Shown piece after piece: positions 24,371 to 37,000 of a stretch of 64,000 bases of DNA. Below the pieces are notes generated by a model. The model did no database searches, was not told the origin of the DNA, and worked only from the letters and a program-made list of their open reading frames with translations. The DNA is taken from assembly GCA_000004695.1 (NCBI GenBank), contig CM000153.2, positions 352,001 to 416,000 of the forward strand. Direction: 5' to 3'. This DNA is from Dictyostelium discoideum (lineage: Eukaryota). Position 1 is the stretch's first letter; the number at the start of each line of letters is the position of its first letter. The position numbers and the translations under genes are program-made.

Positions 24371-25762
24371 TTGATTTATTTTTTTACCAATAAAAAAACA
24401 ATCACTAAAATAATAAAAATGACAAAAAAACTAAATATTCTTATTTTTAATGAAATTTTAAATTATTTAATATTCAATAATAAATCATTTCAAAAAATTA
24501 TTGAATACAGTTTATTATCAAAATCTATTTTTAAAAAAATTCAAAATTTATTAGTTTCATATGAATATAATAAATTTGAATTTATTTTAACAACTGACGA
24601 ATTAGTTGAATATTTAAAATTTAATAATAATAATAATAATAATAATAATTATAATAAAAAAATAATTCAATATAAAGATATTGAATTTATTAGATTTTCA
24701 AATCTTGGTTATCAAGGTATAAGTATTTATTATACATTGAATCAATTTTGTAAGAATTTAAAAAAGATTTTTATTCTTGATGAAATTAAAGCACAATTTG
24801 ATATTTCATATGACTATACACAAAATAATAAAATTAAATTTAAAAAATTATCAATGTCATGGAGAATTGGTGCACCACCAGTTTCAATTAAAGAAATTTA
24901 TAGAGAAACATTCATTGAATCAAATTATACTTTATCAAAATGTCATTTCACTTTTGATTTCATTAGAAAATATAATCCAACAAAAATTAAAATTTCAACA
25001 ACTTATATGTATTTTATAAATTTAAAATATTTAAATAATTTATTTATTTCAAATAATAATAAGAGTAATAATAAAATTAAATCAATTAAATTTAAAAATC
25101 ACAAAACTCCAATTAATTTTTTAAATTTTTTATTTAATAAAGAAGGAAATGAAATAAAATCATTAACAGTCGAATTTGATCCAAATAAAATCAATTTTGA
25201 AGAAAAGTTTTATGATTTTTTAATAGGAAATAATAATTTTAAAAATAATAAAATTGCTTTAAAAAAATTAATTATAAATGAATATAATTCATGTTGTTCA
25301 ACAAATGAAATCAATTGGAGTAATAATCCAACTTATTTTATTGAAAATATTTTAAAATTAAATAAATCAATTAATTCAATTGGTTTTAATATTTTTCAAA
25401 TTAAAGATTATGAAACTTTATCACCATTAAAGCAAATTTCAAATATTAAAAAAATATATTCAAATGAAAATTCATTTCAAGTAATTTATGAACATTGTTT
25501 AGAAAATTCAAATATTAAAGAATTAATAGTTGAATTAACTTCAATTAATCCAATTAATTTTAAGAATAAAATTTTATTACCATTAAAAACTATAACTTTA
25601 TTCAAAACAAAATTAAAACAATTATCACTCTATTCGGTAACTTTTAAATTTCAAAATTATAATGATTATTTAAAAGATTCATTCAATCAAGAATTAGAAT
25701 TATTATTTAAAGAAATTTTAATTTTAAAATCAATTTATTTTAAAATAAAAATTAAAAAATAA
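24371..25762 (+). CDS. Hypothetical Asn/Lys/Ile-rich protein (463 aa)
   Basis: Single long ORF in the window's dominant coding style. No recognisable domain. Confidence 0.4.
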   Translation: MIYFFTNKKTITKIIKMTKKLNILIFNEILNYLIFNNKSFQKIIEYSLLSKSIFKKIQNLLVSYEYNKFEFILTTDELVEYLKFNNNNNNNNNYNKKIIQYKDIEFIRFSNLGYQGISIYYTLNQFCKNLKKIFILDEIKAQFDISYDYTQNNKIKFKKLSMSWRIGAPPVSIKEIYRETFIESNYTLSKCHFTFDFIRKYNPTKIKISTTYMYFINLKYLNNLFISNNNKSNNKIKSIKFKNHKTPINFLNFLFNKEGNEIKSLTVEFDPNKINFEEKFYDFLIGNNNFKNNKIALKKLIINEYNSCCSTNEINWSNNPTYFIENILKLNKSINSIGFNIFQIKDYETLSPLKQISNIKKIYSNENSFQVIYEHCLENSNIKELIVELTSINPINFKNKILLPLKTITLFKTKLKQLSLYSVTFKFQNYNDYLKDSFNQELELLFKEILILKSIYFKIKIKK

Positions 25763-25936
25763 TTATTATTATTTTTATTATTATTATTACTAAATTTAGT
25801 TTTAGTTTTATTACTACTTATTTTATTTATTTTTATTTATAAGAATATTTTTTTTTTAATTTTTTTTTTTTTTTATTTTATTTTATTTTTTTATTTATTT
25901 ATTGGTGTTTTAAAAAATTGAATGGTGAATGTATTG

Positions 25937-26476
25937 TTACAAATTTGATAATTTTGGTAAATCAACCCATTGATTTAAAATTAAATCACTCAAAGTTTTA
26001 CCATGACGATCTATTCTTCTACTAACACAAACACCACCATCTAAAGCATTATTTAAAACTATATTTAATGAAGAGATACCAGGAAGACTATAAATTGAAA
26101 TATCGGGCTCGCCTCTTAAAAGATTTCCATAAATCTTTGAAACCCATTCTTTTGTAACTACCTTTTTAATTCGATCGAAATCTTTTATATCATATGGAAT
26201 CAAACTAACATTGGTAGTATCTCCTTTATCTCCACTTCTTGAATGACAAATATTATATAATAAAACTTTACCATTATTATTACTATTATTATTATTATTA
26301 TTATTACTATTACTACTATTATTATTATTGTTTTTATTACACCTATTAAATCTAAAACCTTTACTATACGTTATTATATTTTGATTTTTAATTGTTTTAA
26401 ATTCATTTATAAATATATCTAAATCATTATTATTATTATTGTTTATTATTTTATACCCATTATTTATACTATTTAA

Positions 26477-26533
<57 letters not shown>

Positions 26534-27256
26534 TTGAAATATAAATGTATTCCAATTTATTTTTTCTCTTGGTATTAATTGTTTAACTAATCTAACATCT
26601 TTTTTAATACCAAATGCGAAACCACCACCACCAGCAGGACCACATAAACCTAAACCTTGTAATTCCATACCTAATGCTTCGGCATCCTCTTTATTTTGAA
26701 ATAATCCATCTAATCTTAATCTTACTTCTGGTGGATATTGATTATTAAATTGTTGAAAATTTTTAATATTTATATCGTTATTATTACTATTATTATTATT
26801 ATTATTATTATCATTATTATTATTATTATTATCATTATTACTATTATTATTATTTAATAATTTTTCAATTGAAATTGGTGGATAAGAAAAGTTTGAACCA
26901 TGTGGAAAATATAAACTATTATAACCAAGTAAATAACTAAAAACATCATTCATTATACCTTTTTTCCTAGATTCCATCCAATGATATATTAATTTATTTG
27001 CCCAATAAGCTCTCTCTACACAACCTAATCCACCATAACTAACTTCTGCCCATGCTTTAAATCCTGCATTCCTTGCAACTAATCTTAATAATGTTTTTGG
27101 TCTTTGGGTACCAATTGCTCCTCTTGCAATCACTGAATTCTCTGAAATTGGTATAAATTCAACTTTACTAAAATCTACAATTGCATCTGGCTAAATATAT
27201 ATATATATAATTGGAAATTTTAAAATTAGTATATTATTTATCTGTATATTTATTAA

Positions 27257-27308
<52 letters not shown>

Positions 27309-28372
27309 CAAACAGTTATATATTCTTTTGGATTACCAATTTCATAAGTTAATTGTTGTTTACAAGTTCTTTCAGATAATTCACCACCACTACCTTCAAC
27401 TTTACCCAATATGATACGACCATTACAATCGATATCACAAAATGGTAAAGAAAGGTTTAATAAATCTTCAAATTTCATATCTCTTCCCAATGGATGAGCA
27501 AAATAACCACCTGTTAAATGACATGCACATTCCAATAAATGACCTGCCAATGTTGCTTGTGCTATTAAATTCATATCATTCTTTAAATCCCATCCAAATG
27601 TAAATGCAATTGGTGCTACAAATAATGATGGATCTGCAACTCTACCTGCAATCTAAAATTAAAAATATATAACAAAAAAAAAATAAAAAAAAAAATAAAA
27701 AAATGAATTTATTTTAGTGATCATTATAATTCTTTTTTTTTTTTTTTAATATATATATATATATAATACACTTACAACTAAATCAGGATTTAATTTTAAA
27801 GCATCAATTATAGCATCGGCACCTAAATATGTACAACCAACTTCCCAATTCTCTTCAATTGAATGTTGATCTGAATCTAATCCACCATCAACTGCAAACC
27901 CATTTGTACTTGATAATTTTATATTATATTTTTTATTATTATTATTATTATTATTACTATTATTTTGATTATTATCATTATTATGTATATTTTCACTAAT
28001 TACAACTATTTTAATATGATTTAAACCTAAAGATTTTGCAATTTCAAATGCTTCTTCACCTGCACCTTTTGGATCGGCTGCACCCATATTAGTGATGATT
28101 GTAACATTTCTTTTCTTTGCAGGTGGTAATAATGATGTTAACCACTCTTTTAAACGTGGATCGTAACCTTTACCATTGTTTTTCATTCTTCTTATGCTAT
28201 CTGTCAAGGTTCTCTCTGCTAAACACTCTAATACTAAATAATCTAATTTACCCTTTTCAACTAATTGAACCGCTGGTGGTACCCTATCTCCTTGATATCC
28301 TGCACCACTTCCAATTCTTAAAATATCTTTATTCATTTTAATTGTTGTTGTTGTTGTTTGTTTCATCTTCAT
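25937..28372 (-). CDS. DUF1446 (AtuA-like, acyclic terpene utilisation family) protein. Exons are approximately 27777..28372, 27310..27655 and 25937..27188.
   Basis: MKMK...IGSGAGYQGDR...LDYLVLECLAERT / IAGRVADPSLFVAPIAFTFGWD...LAGHLLECACHLTGGYFA / PDAIVDFSKVEFIPI...IARGAIGTQRPKT...SRSGDKGD... The introns begin GTAAGT and GTTTGT and carry (AT)n and (TA)n runs. Confidence 0.7.
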
Positions 28373-29029
28373 TTTCTTTTTTTTTATAAAAATAAAAATA
28401 AAAATAAAAATATATTTATATATTTATTTCTTTTTTATTTCTTTTATTTATATGTATATATATATATAAGTCTATTATTTGAATAGATTGTGTTAATTTA
28501 TTTATTTTTTTTTTAATATTTTTTTATTTTTTTTTTAGTGGTTTTGTGTTGTGTGTGTTTGACAAAAGTGGGTGAAATTGTATTGTTTTTAAGTTTAAAT
28601 AGTGTCGCTAAAGGTAGAGGTTTTCAAAAAAAAAGAAAAAAATAAAAAATAAAAAATTAAAAAAAAAAAATTAAAAAAAAAATAAAAAAAAAAAATAAAA
28701 AAAAAAAATTTTAAAATATGTTATATTGTTGGATATTTATTTATTACGATTCACGAACCAATTTGATAAGTATTTTTGAACTTGAAATGAAAAATAATTA
28801 AAGTATTGAATAATAAAAAAAGAAAAAAAATGAAATATAATAAAATAAAATATGATTTTTTAATTTTTTATAATTTATAACAAATAAAAAAATAAAATTT
28901 TAATTAAAAAAAAAAAAATATGATTTTTTAATTTATTATAATTTATAAAATTTTATACCCTCTTTTTAAAATTTTATTATCATATTTAAATAAAAAAAAA
29001 AAAAAAAAAAAAAAACTAATGAATTAATT

Positions 29030-29060
<31 letters not shown>

Positions 29061-29278
29061 AAAAAATATCTATCTAAACGTCATTTTAATTTGGATAAAA
29101 TAATAAAAAAAATAGGGGGAAAGATCGGTAAATGGAAATTTTTTATTTTTTTTTTTTTTTGGTAAATTATTGTTTTTATACATATTAAAAATAAAAATAA
29201 AATAAAAAATAAAAAAATAGAAAAATAAAAACAGTTGGACCAATTTTAATTTTTTATTTGTTTTATTTGATGTTTTCA

Positions 29279-29321
<43 letters not shown>

Positions 29322-29510
29322 ATTACATATAGACAAAGAGGCACTCGAACTTTTTCGTTTGTTAAAAAAAGATTTAAAAATAGATTAAATAAAAGATTAT
29401 CCTTATTTTATTTTTTTTTTTATTTTATTTTTTTTTAAACATTAAAAAAAAAAAAAAAAAATTTTAAAAAAAAAAATAAAAAAAAAATAAAATAAAAATA
29501 AAAAAAAAGA

Positions 29511-29541
<31 letters not shown>

Positions 29542-29818
29542 AAACTCCTCCAATTGTGATCACTCAATTACAAATACACAATAAAAAAAAATATTTATAA
29601 ATAAACTCATCACCCAACAACACTACCTACCCAATTAACCAACTAAATAACTAACCAACCAAACAGCACCAAACAACAACACCCAACCAAACAAACAAAT
29701 AAATAAATAAATAACAACACTCGTAATACCATACACAACACATACCCACACTATATATATATATAAATATTATTTTATATATAAAAAAAAAAACAACAAC
29801 AACAACTATATATAAAGA

Positions 29819-30020
29819 ATGAATACATCAACATTTAATTTGGATCATTGTATTGAAAAACTACAAAAATGTGAGATTTTACCAGAATCAACAATTAAAG
29901 AGATCACCGATAAAATGAAGGAGTTATTAATAAGTGAATCAAATGTTCAAGAAATCAGATCCCCTGTTACCGTTGTAGGTGATGTTCATGGGTAAATTTA
30001 TTATAATTATTATTAAACAC

Positions 30021-30051
<31 letters not shown>

Positions 30052-30260
30052 CACTAACTTTATTAACTGTATTATTATTATTTAATTTTATTATAGTCAA
30101 TTTTATGATGTTTTAGAAATATTCAAAATTGGTGGTCAATGTCCAGATACAAACTACTTATTTTTAGGTGACTATGTTGATAGAGGTTATCACAGTGTAG
30201 AAACTATATCACTCTTAACTTGTTTGAAATTAAGGTAAGGGTTAAAATAATAAAAAAAAA

Positions 30261-30292
<32 letters not shown>

Positions 30293-30642
30293 TTTTTTTT
30301 TTTTTTTTTTTTATTAAAATAATAAAATAAAATAAAAAAGATATCCATCACGTATTACACTTTTAAGAGGTAATCATGAATCTAGACAAATTACACAAGT
30401 TTATGGTTTTTATGGAGAATGTATGAGAAAATATGGTAACCCAACAGTTTGGAAATACTTTACAGAGATGTTTGATTATTTATCAGTTGCAGCAATCATT
30501 GATGAAGCAATCTATTGTGTACATGGTGGTTTATCACCATCTGCTTTATCAATTGATCAAATTAAAGTTTTGGATAGATTCCAAGAAGTACCAAATGAAG
30601 GTGCTTTAAGTGATATCCTTTGGAGTGGTAAGATTTTTTTTT

Positions 30643-30687
<45 letters not shown>

Positions 30688-31085
30688 TATATTAATACTA
30701 ACACTTAAATATATAAATTTATATATTTATTTATATAAATTTAGACCCAGATCCAGATAGAGAAGGATTTGTTGAAAGTCAAAGAGGAGCAGGTTATAGT
30801 TATGGTAAAGATGTTACACTAAGATTCTTACAAAATAATAAAATGCAACATATCATTAGAGCACATCAATTGTGTATGGATGGTTATCAAACATTATTTG
30901 ATAATAAACTTTCAACAGTTTGGTCCGCTCCAAACTATTGTAATAGATGTGGTAATATGGCTTCAATTGTAGAGGTCAATGAAAAATTGGAAAGATATTT
31001 TAACACCTATGCTGCTGCTCCACAAAGTTTATCAAATAAACCAACTTTAGATACAAATAAAGAATTACCTGATTATTTCTTGTAA
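29819..31085 (+). CDS. PPP-family Ser/Thr protein phosphatase catalytic subunit (PP2A/PP4/PP6-like). Exons are 29819..29991, 30097..30234, 30341..30627 and 30745..31085.
   Basis: [64 protein letters not shown] and a C-terminal DYFL. All three introns are phase-consistent with GTAAAT, GTAAGG and GTAAGA donors. Confidence 0.9.
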
Positions 31086-31090
31086 TTCTA

Positions 31091-31150
<60 letters not shown>

Positions 31151-31157
31151 AATAATG

Positions 31158-31207
<50 letters not shown>

Positions 31208-31383
31208 CAAACAACACAAACAAACAAACAACACAAACAAACAAACAAACAAACAAACAAACAAACAAACAAACAAACAAACAAACAAACAAACAAACAA
31301 ACAAACAAACAAACAAACAAACAAACAAACAAACAAACAAACAAACAAACAAACAAACAAACAAACAAACAAACAAACAACAA
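31086..31383. repeat. Compound microsatellite: (AAT)n at 31086..31205, then (CAAA)n of about 45 units at 31206..31383, in the 3' UTR of the phosphatase gene
   Basis: Direct reading. The opposite-strand ORFs here (poly-CLFV, poly-Y, poly-I) are artefacts of the repeat. Confidence 0.95.
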
Positions 31384-31812
31384 ACCATTTCATCTTTACG
31401 CAACCTTCATCATCTATTCCGAATCACCGAATAATAACAAATAATTAATAATCAAAAAAAAAAAAAGAAAAAAAAAAAAAAAAGAAAAAAAAAAAAAAAA
31501 GAAAAAAAAAAAAAATACTCTATCGACTATAAACTCTTTAAATAGTAATAATAAATAAAAATGGATTTCGTTATCCAATTTGTAATTCTATTGTAAAAAA
31601 AAAAAAAAAGATTCTATTTTTCAAAGTTTCTTTTATTTTTACTCATTGCAACATTTTCCAAGGATATTGTTTGAAAAGAAAAAATAAAATAATAAAAGTG
31701 CAAAATATAATATTAAGTGTTTAAAGATTTGGTTTATTTTATTTATATATTTACAAGTAGACAACAATTTCTATTTTAAAGAATTATTATTATTAATTAT
31801 TATTGATTATTG

Positions 31813-31844
<32 letters not shown>

Positions 31845-31854
31845 TATATATTTA

Positions 31855-31992
31855 ATAACTATTATCAGCATTGAAAGCTCTTGGAATTTTAGATGATGTA
31901 AAATTATGGACATGATTTAATTCATTTAATTTGTCTCTACAGAAATCTGCAACTTTTTGGTTTTCATTAGCATCTTCACCTTTTATTTAAAA

Positions 31993-32023
<31 letters not shown>

Positions 32024-32293
32024 AAGAATATTAGTTTTAAAATTTAATTCTAAAAAAAGATAAAACAATATTTAAAAAGAGAAAATAAAAAAAAAAAACA
32101 TACCTGCAATAGACCAATTGATTTGGAAAGTGAGTGGTAAAGTTTCATAAATTTTATAAGCATCTACAGCTTCATCTTTTGATAATGAAGTTTTCTTTAC
32201 TTGGGTTTCTAAATTTAAAAGAGTTTCTTTAACATCTAAAACTGATTTCTTTGCTTGAGCTGGATCGAAACAAACACCTTTAACAAATGTCAT
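31855..32293 (-). CDS. Small hypothetical protein (about 107 aa). Exons are 32104..32293 and 31855..31984.
   Basis: MTFVKGVCFDPAQAKKSVLDVKETLLNLETQVKK...NWSIAG, then donor CAG|GTATGT, then GEDANENQKVADFCRDKLNELNHVHNFTSSKIPRAFNADNSY. Confidence 0.5.
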
Positions 32294-32754
32294 TTTATTA
32301 TACTATTAAGATTATTAATTATTATTTAAAGAAAATAAGGTGGCTAGTTTGTTGTATGAATTAATGAGAAAAAAAAAAAAAAAATTAGTAAATAAAAAAT
32401 TATTTATTTTATATATATGTTACTATTATTTATTATCTATTTTGTTTGTTAAAATTACCTTTTTTTTTTAAAGTGTCAGGGTTTTTATAAAATAAAAAAT
32501 AATAAAAAAAAAAATTTTATTTTTATAGGAAAAAAAAAAATAAAAAAAAAATAAAATTTAATTAAAAATATCTTTTAAAAAAAAAATTTTCAAATAAAAT
32601 AAAAAAAAAAATAGATTTTTGAGAGGAGTATTCAGATGTTTATTATGAAAATAATGAAATAGTCAAATGTCACTTTTGGTGTGTGGAGGGGGTGTATTAT
32701 AAAAAACTCGTAGAAATGTTTATGTTTTTAATTTTTATTTTATTTTTTTTATTT

Positions 32755-32785
<31 letters not shown>

Positions 32786-34040
32786 GATTAATAAAAATAA
32801 AGGACAACTATTTTTTTTTATTTTTTTTATTTTTATTTTTATTTTTATTTTTATTTTTATTTTTATTTTTATTTTTATTTTTTTTATTTTATTTTATATT
32901 ATTTTATTTGTTTATAATAATATCTAATTATTAGAAATTATATTTGTAATTATTTAGAAATCCACCAACCAAAAAAGAATTTAAATTAAAAAATAAAGGT
33001 AAAAAAAAAAAAAGTAAACTGATCGTGTCCTTTTTTTTTTTTTTTTTTTCATTGGATATTTAAATGAAAATAGATTAATATTTACTATTTTATTATTTTT
33101 TTTTTTTTCACTCCAATTGTGCCAAATTACAATTTTTTCCCCCTTTTTTTTATAAACGATTTAAATATGATATAACCATTATTATAAATTATTCAATGAG
33201 TTTTCATTTTGAAATTTAAATTTAATTTATTGTTTTTTTCACTTATTTTTAAAATAATATTTTCATTTTTTTCATTTTATTTTTTTTATTATTTTTTAAT
33301 ATGGATTTAGTATTGACAAATAGAACACTCGAAAATACATAAAATGATATCATAAATAAAAAAAAAAAAAAAAAATTAAAATGAAACAAAAAATAAAATA
33401 ATTATTTTTTTTTTTATTTATTTTATTTCTTTTTTAATCACAATTTTTTTTTTTTTTATTAGTTTATAATTATTTACCATTCATACACAGCAACAATGCA
33501 GTTTACTTAATAAGGATGCATTGATGAACCTGATAATCAAATGATAGAGAAAGTAAAGAAATTTCAATGTCATTATGGTTAATTTCAATCATTTAAATCC
33601 AGTGTCAGGGATCAAGGAACGATTATAAATCTATCTACTATGACATTAAGAATGATAAACAAATAAAAAAATTTTATTTTTATAAAAAAAAGCAAATTAA
33701 TAAATATAAATATAAACAAAATTTATTTTAATTCCAATGGATATTGTTTTTTTTTTTTTTAATTTTTATCATTTATATTGGTTAATATTAAATGATATTA
33801 ATATTATAATATTTATTAAAAATGTATATATTTATTATATAATATTAAAATGATTTTTTTTTTAAAATAAAGTTTTTTTTTATTTTTTTAATTTTTAGTT
33901 TTTTTATTTTTTATTTTATATGTACAATTAAATAAATTTGGATAATGAATCAACAGTCTCACCTAACCATTCAAAATTATGATATTCTGCAATACTTTTA
34001 AAGATAATTAAACTAAAATAAAAAAAAAGGAATTAGTCAT

Positions 34041-34079
<39 letters not shown>

Positions 34080-34093
34080 ATAATAATAAAAAC

Positions 34094-37000
34094 TTACTCT
34101 TTAGAAAATAAATTATTTGATTGAGTACATTCCCATTGACCAGAACATTGTGGACAAATATCACCAAGGTTATCAGATTTAACATCATTACATTTTGAGC
34201 ATCTTAAATCTTGTAATTGATAAGATAATGAACGTCTTTGAATGATTTCAACTAATTGACTTTCGATAGTATTTTTAGAATAATGACCTTTACATTGAAT
34301 ACAAGATAATTCTGGAACTCTAATAATATTGTCATCATCACCTTCATTTTCTTCATTATCATCATCACTATCATCACTGTCATTGTTGTTACTCTTTTGT
34401 TGAGAAGATAATCTTGAAGAGATAGAAGTTGTATTTGTATTTCTTAATAAATCAATATCTCTACATGAATGACAAGATGAACAAATTACATCAGGTAAAG
34501 TGAAAGACACGCATGGATCTTTGAATTTAGCTTCATCAGAGAATTCTCTAACTTTCATTGATGTCATTAATTTCATTCTTAAACGTGATACTCTTGATGA
34601 GATTGATTTATCAATTGATAATACATGACAAACGAATTTAATGAATTCTAATGGTGGATTATTTAATTTCAAATAACCACCTGGTAATTGTGGAAATTCT
34701 AATGATGATTGATTAACTTGGAAATGATCCAATAATGTAAAAATACGATTAACATCAATTAATAAATCAAATTTAGATGTAGCTTTCTTTGTTTTTGATG
34801 TAGTTGTAGTTGTTGATGATGATGAAGATGGTGGAATACTAATATCTTCATCCTCTTCTTCATTCCAAGTTGAACTTTTTCTTAAATCTGGTTTAGTTGG
34901 TTCATTAATAGTATCTTTTGTAGTTGTTGTTGTTGCTGCGGTTGAATCATTATTAGAGGAGGAGGAAGTTGTACTAATTTTTTGTTTTAATAAATATCTT
35001 TGTTGTTGTTCTTTTTGAATTCTATTTAATTCATCTCTTTCAGTATGCAATTTATAAATATAATCTGAAATGATAATAATGAAAGAAGTTTGAATTTGTG
35101 GTGGTAAAAATTCTGCAATATTCCAATTGGTTATGATTTTACCATTTTTAATTTTTTTTAATTTTTTATTTTTATTCTGTTGTTGCTCTTCTTCATTTTC
35201 AGATACATCATCATCATCGTCATCATCAGCATTATCTTGTTGTTGTTGTTGTTGTTGTTGATTTTTATTAATTAATGGATTAAAATATAAAATACCAGAA
35301 TAATTTGAATTATTTAACCATAATAAATTATGATAATAATTTGTTTGTTTAAAATTAATCCAACTAAATAATTCTTTCTTTTTAATTACAGCCAAGATAT
35401 AGTTACAATAAGAACGAGCATCTTCAATTGAATCCTTTTGAGAACAAATGATAATCTTATTGAAATTTGCATAAACTATTTTACTACCCAATTTTTTAAA
35501 TTCGAAAATCAATTGAATGAAAACTTTTTTCATTAATTGATGTAAAGTACGATAAAGGATAGGATCATAAAGTTTTGAATTGGTCGAGCTAATCCAACGA
35601 TAGAAATGTAATAAAAGATAATTTGAATAACGTGAACTAATTTCATTTCTTTTACTATTACTACCTGATACTAAATCCAATTTCCATTTTGATACTAAAT
35701 TTCTAAGAATATTAAATTCTTTTTCACAACCACTAATTTGATGATTAATTGCTGATCTAAATTTATTTGTAATTGATAATTTATCAAATGATGATGTTGT
35801 ATCATTTGTAGTATTTTGATTTGCACCATTTTTGGTATTGGAATTATTTGAAGTATTTTTAATATCATCAAACATTGCAACATTTGATTCATCACCTAAT
35901 TCATTACCTAAAATACCTTCAATTTCAGCCAAATGAATTGATTCCAAGATTGTATTTGTTGCTAAATTTTCAATATCCAATTCGAAACAAACTTGATTAT
36001 AACAATCTGAATTATTAATTTCAACATTATTTAATTCTTCATAGAATTTTGCATCATCTTCTTCTGAACCACCTAAATCTGGGAAGTTTGAATCAGACAT
36101 CCAAAGGAGATGTTTTTGTTCAACCAAAGAACGAGCATAGAGAATATCACACATGAATGATGCATTATCAGTTGGAATATTACCAATGGGTATATTTGCA
36201 TAACGTGACATATTTGCATAGTAAACCCAAAGTTTTGGTGCATCCATTAAACGTAATGGTAAGGGTTTCAATGAATGAACATCCCAATTGAATGGTGAAT
36301 ACATTGAATCGTTGTCATGGTAAGGTACTGGTACACGTGGGAATTCTCTAAGTATTGGAATTTGTTCCAATATTCCAATTGCATTTGGAACTTGTAGTAG
36401 AATGATAGTTGGTAAACCTTTACGTTGATATTCCATAATTAATGAACCAATTTCTTTTTTTGCCAAAGACATACTTGATTTTTGGTCCATTGTAAAGGTG
36501 ATTTCTGGTAGTTTCTCCTTTATGGAATTCAATACTCTTGCATCGATTTTGTTGGCGGCCATATAAGGATTTGAGAAAATAACTGAACATTGTTGAGTAT
36601 TCATATTGAAAAGAACGAAATAACCGTCTTTTCCATCACGACTATTATGATACAAAAAGAGTTGATTAAAGTTATGTTCTGCAAGATAATGAAATTGTTT
36701 ATCAGGTTTTGAAGCGATATCCTCCAAAGAGAATCTTGTGTTACTATTGACTATTTTAGTAAAGAATGGTGATACTCTTGACAAAGTAGCTACACAACCA
36801 CATTGAATAATGGCTTTAATATCCAATGGTACCTTTGTTTCATAGACACCCTCAATCATTGGATTGGTGAATAGTGTATTCAATTCCTTTGATTGTTCTA
36901 AAAATTGACTTTCACTCATTGTCACTGAAAAAACATTAAATCTTTGTTTACCTCTTGGTGGTATTACATTTGTATTCTTTTGTGCATCTTCATATGGATC

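Noticed and set aside
31000-31448. Four overlapping ORFs (poly-CLFV, poly-Y/poly-I, poly-NKQT) in the ORF track
   Set aside because: All are translations of the (CAAA)n/(AAT)n microsatellite in different frames and strands. The sequence is low-complexity and no protein signal is present.
33480-33700. A 200-bp non-AT-rich island downstream of POLE with TGATGA / CTGA-like boxes, considered as a box C/D snoRNA
   Set aside because: The box spacing is wrong (C and D' are only 3 nt apart), there is no terminal stem, and no D box lies near a 3' end. It is more likely 3' UTR sequence.
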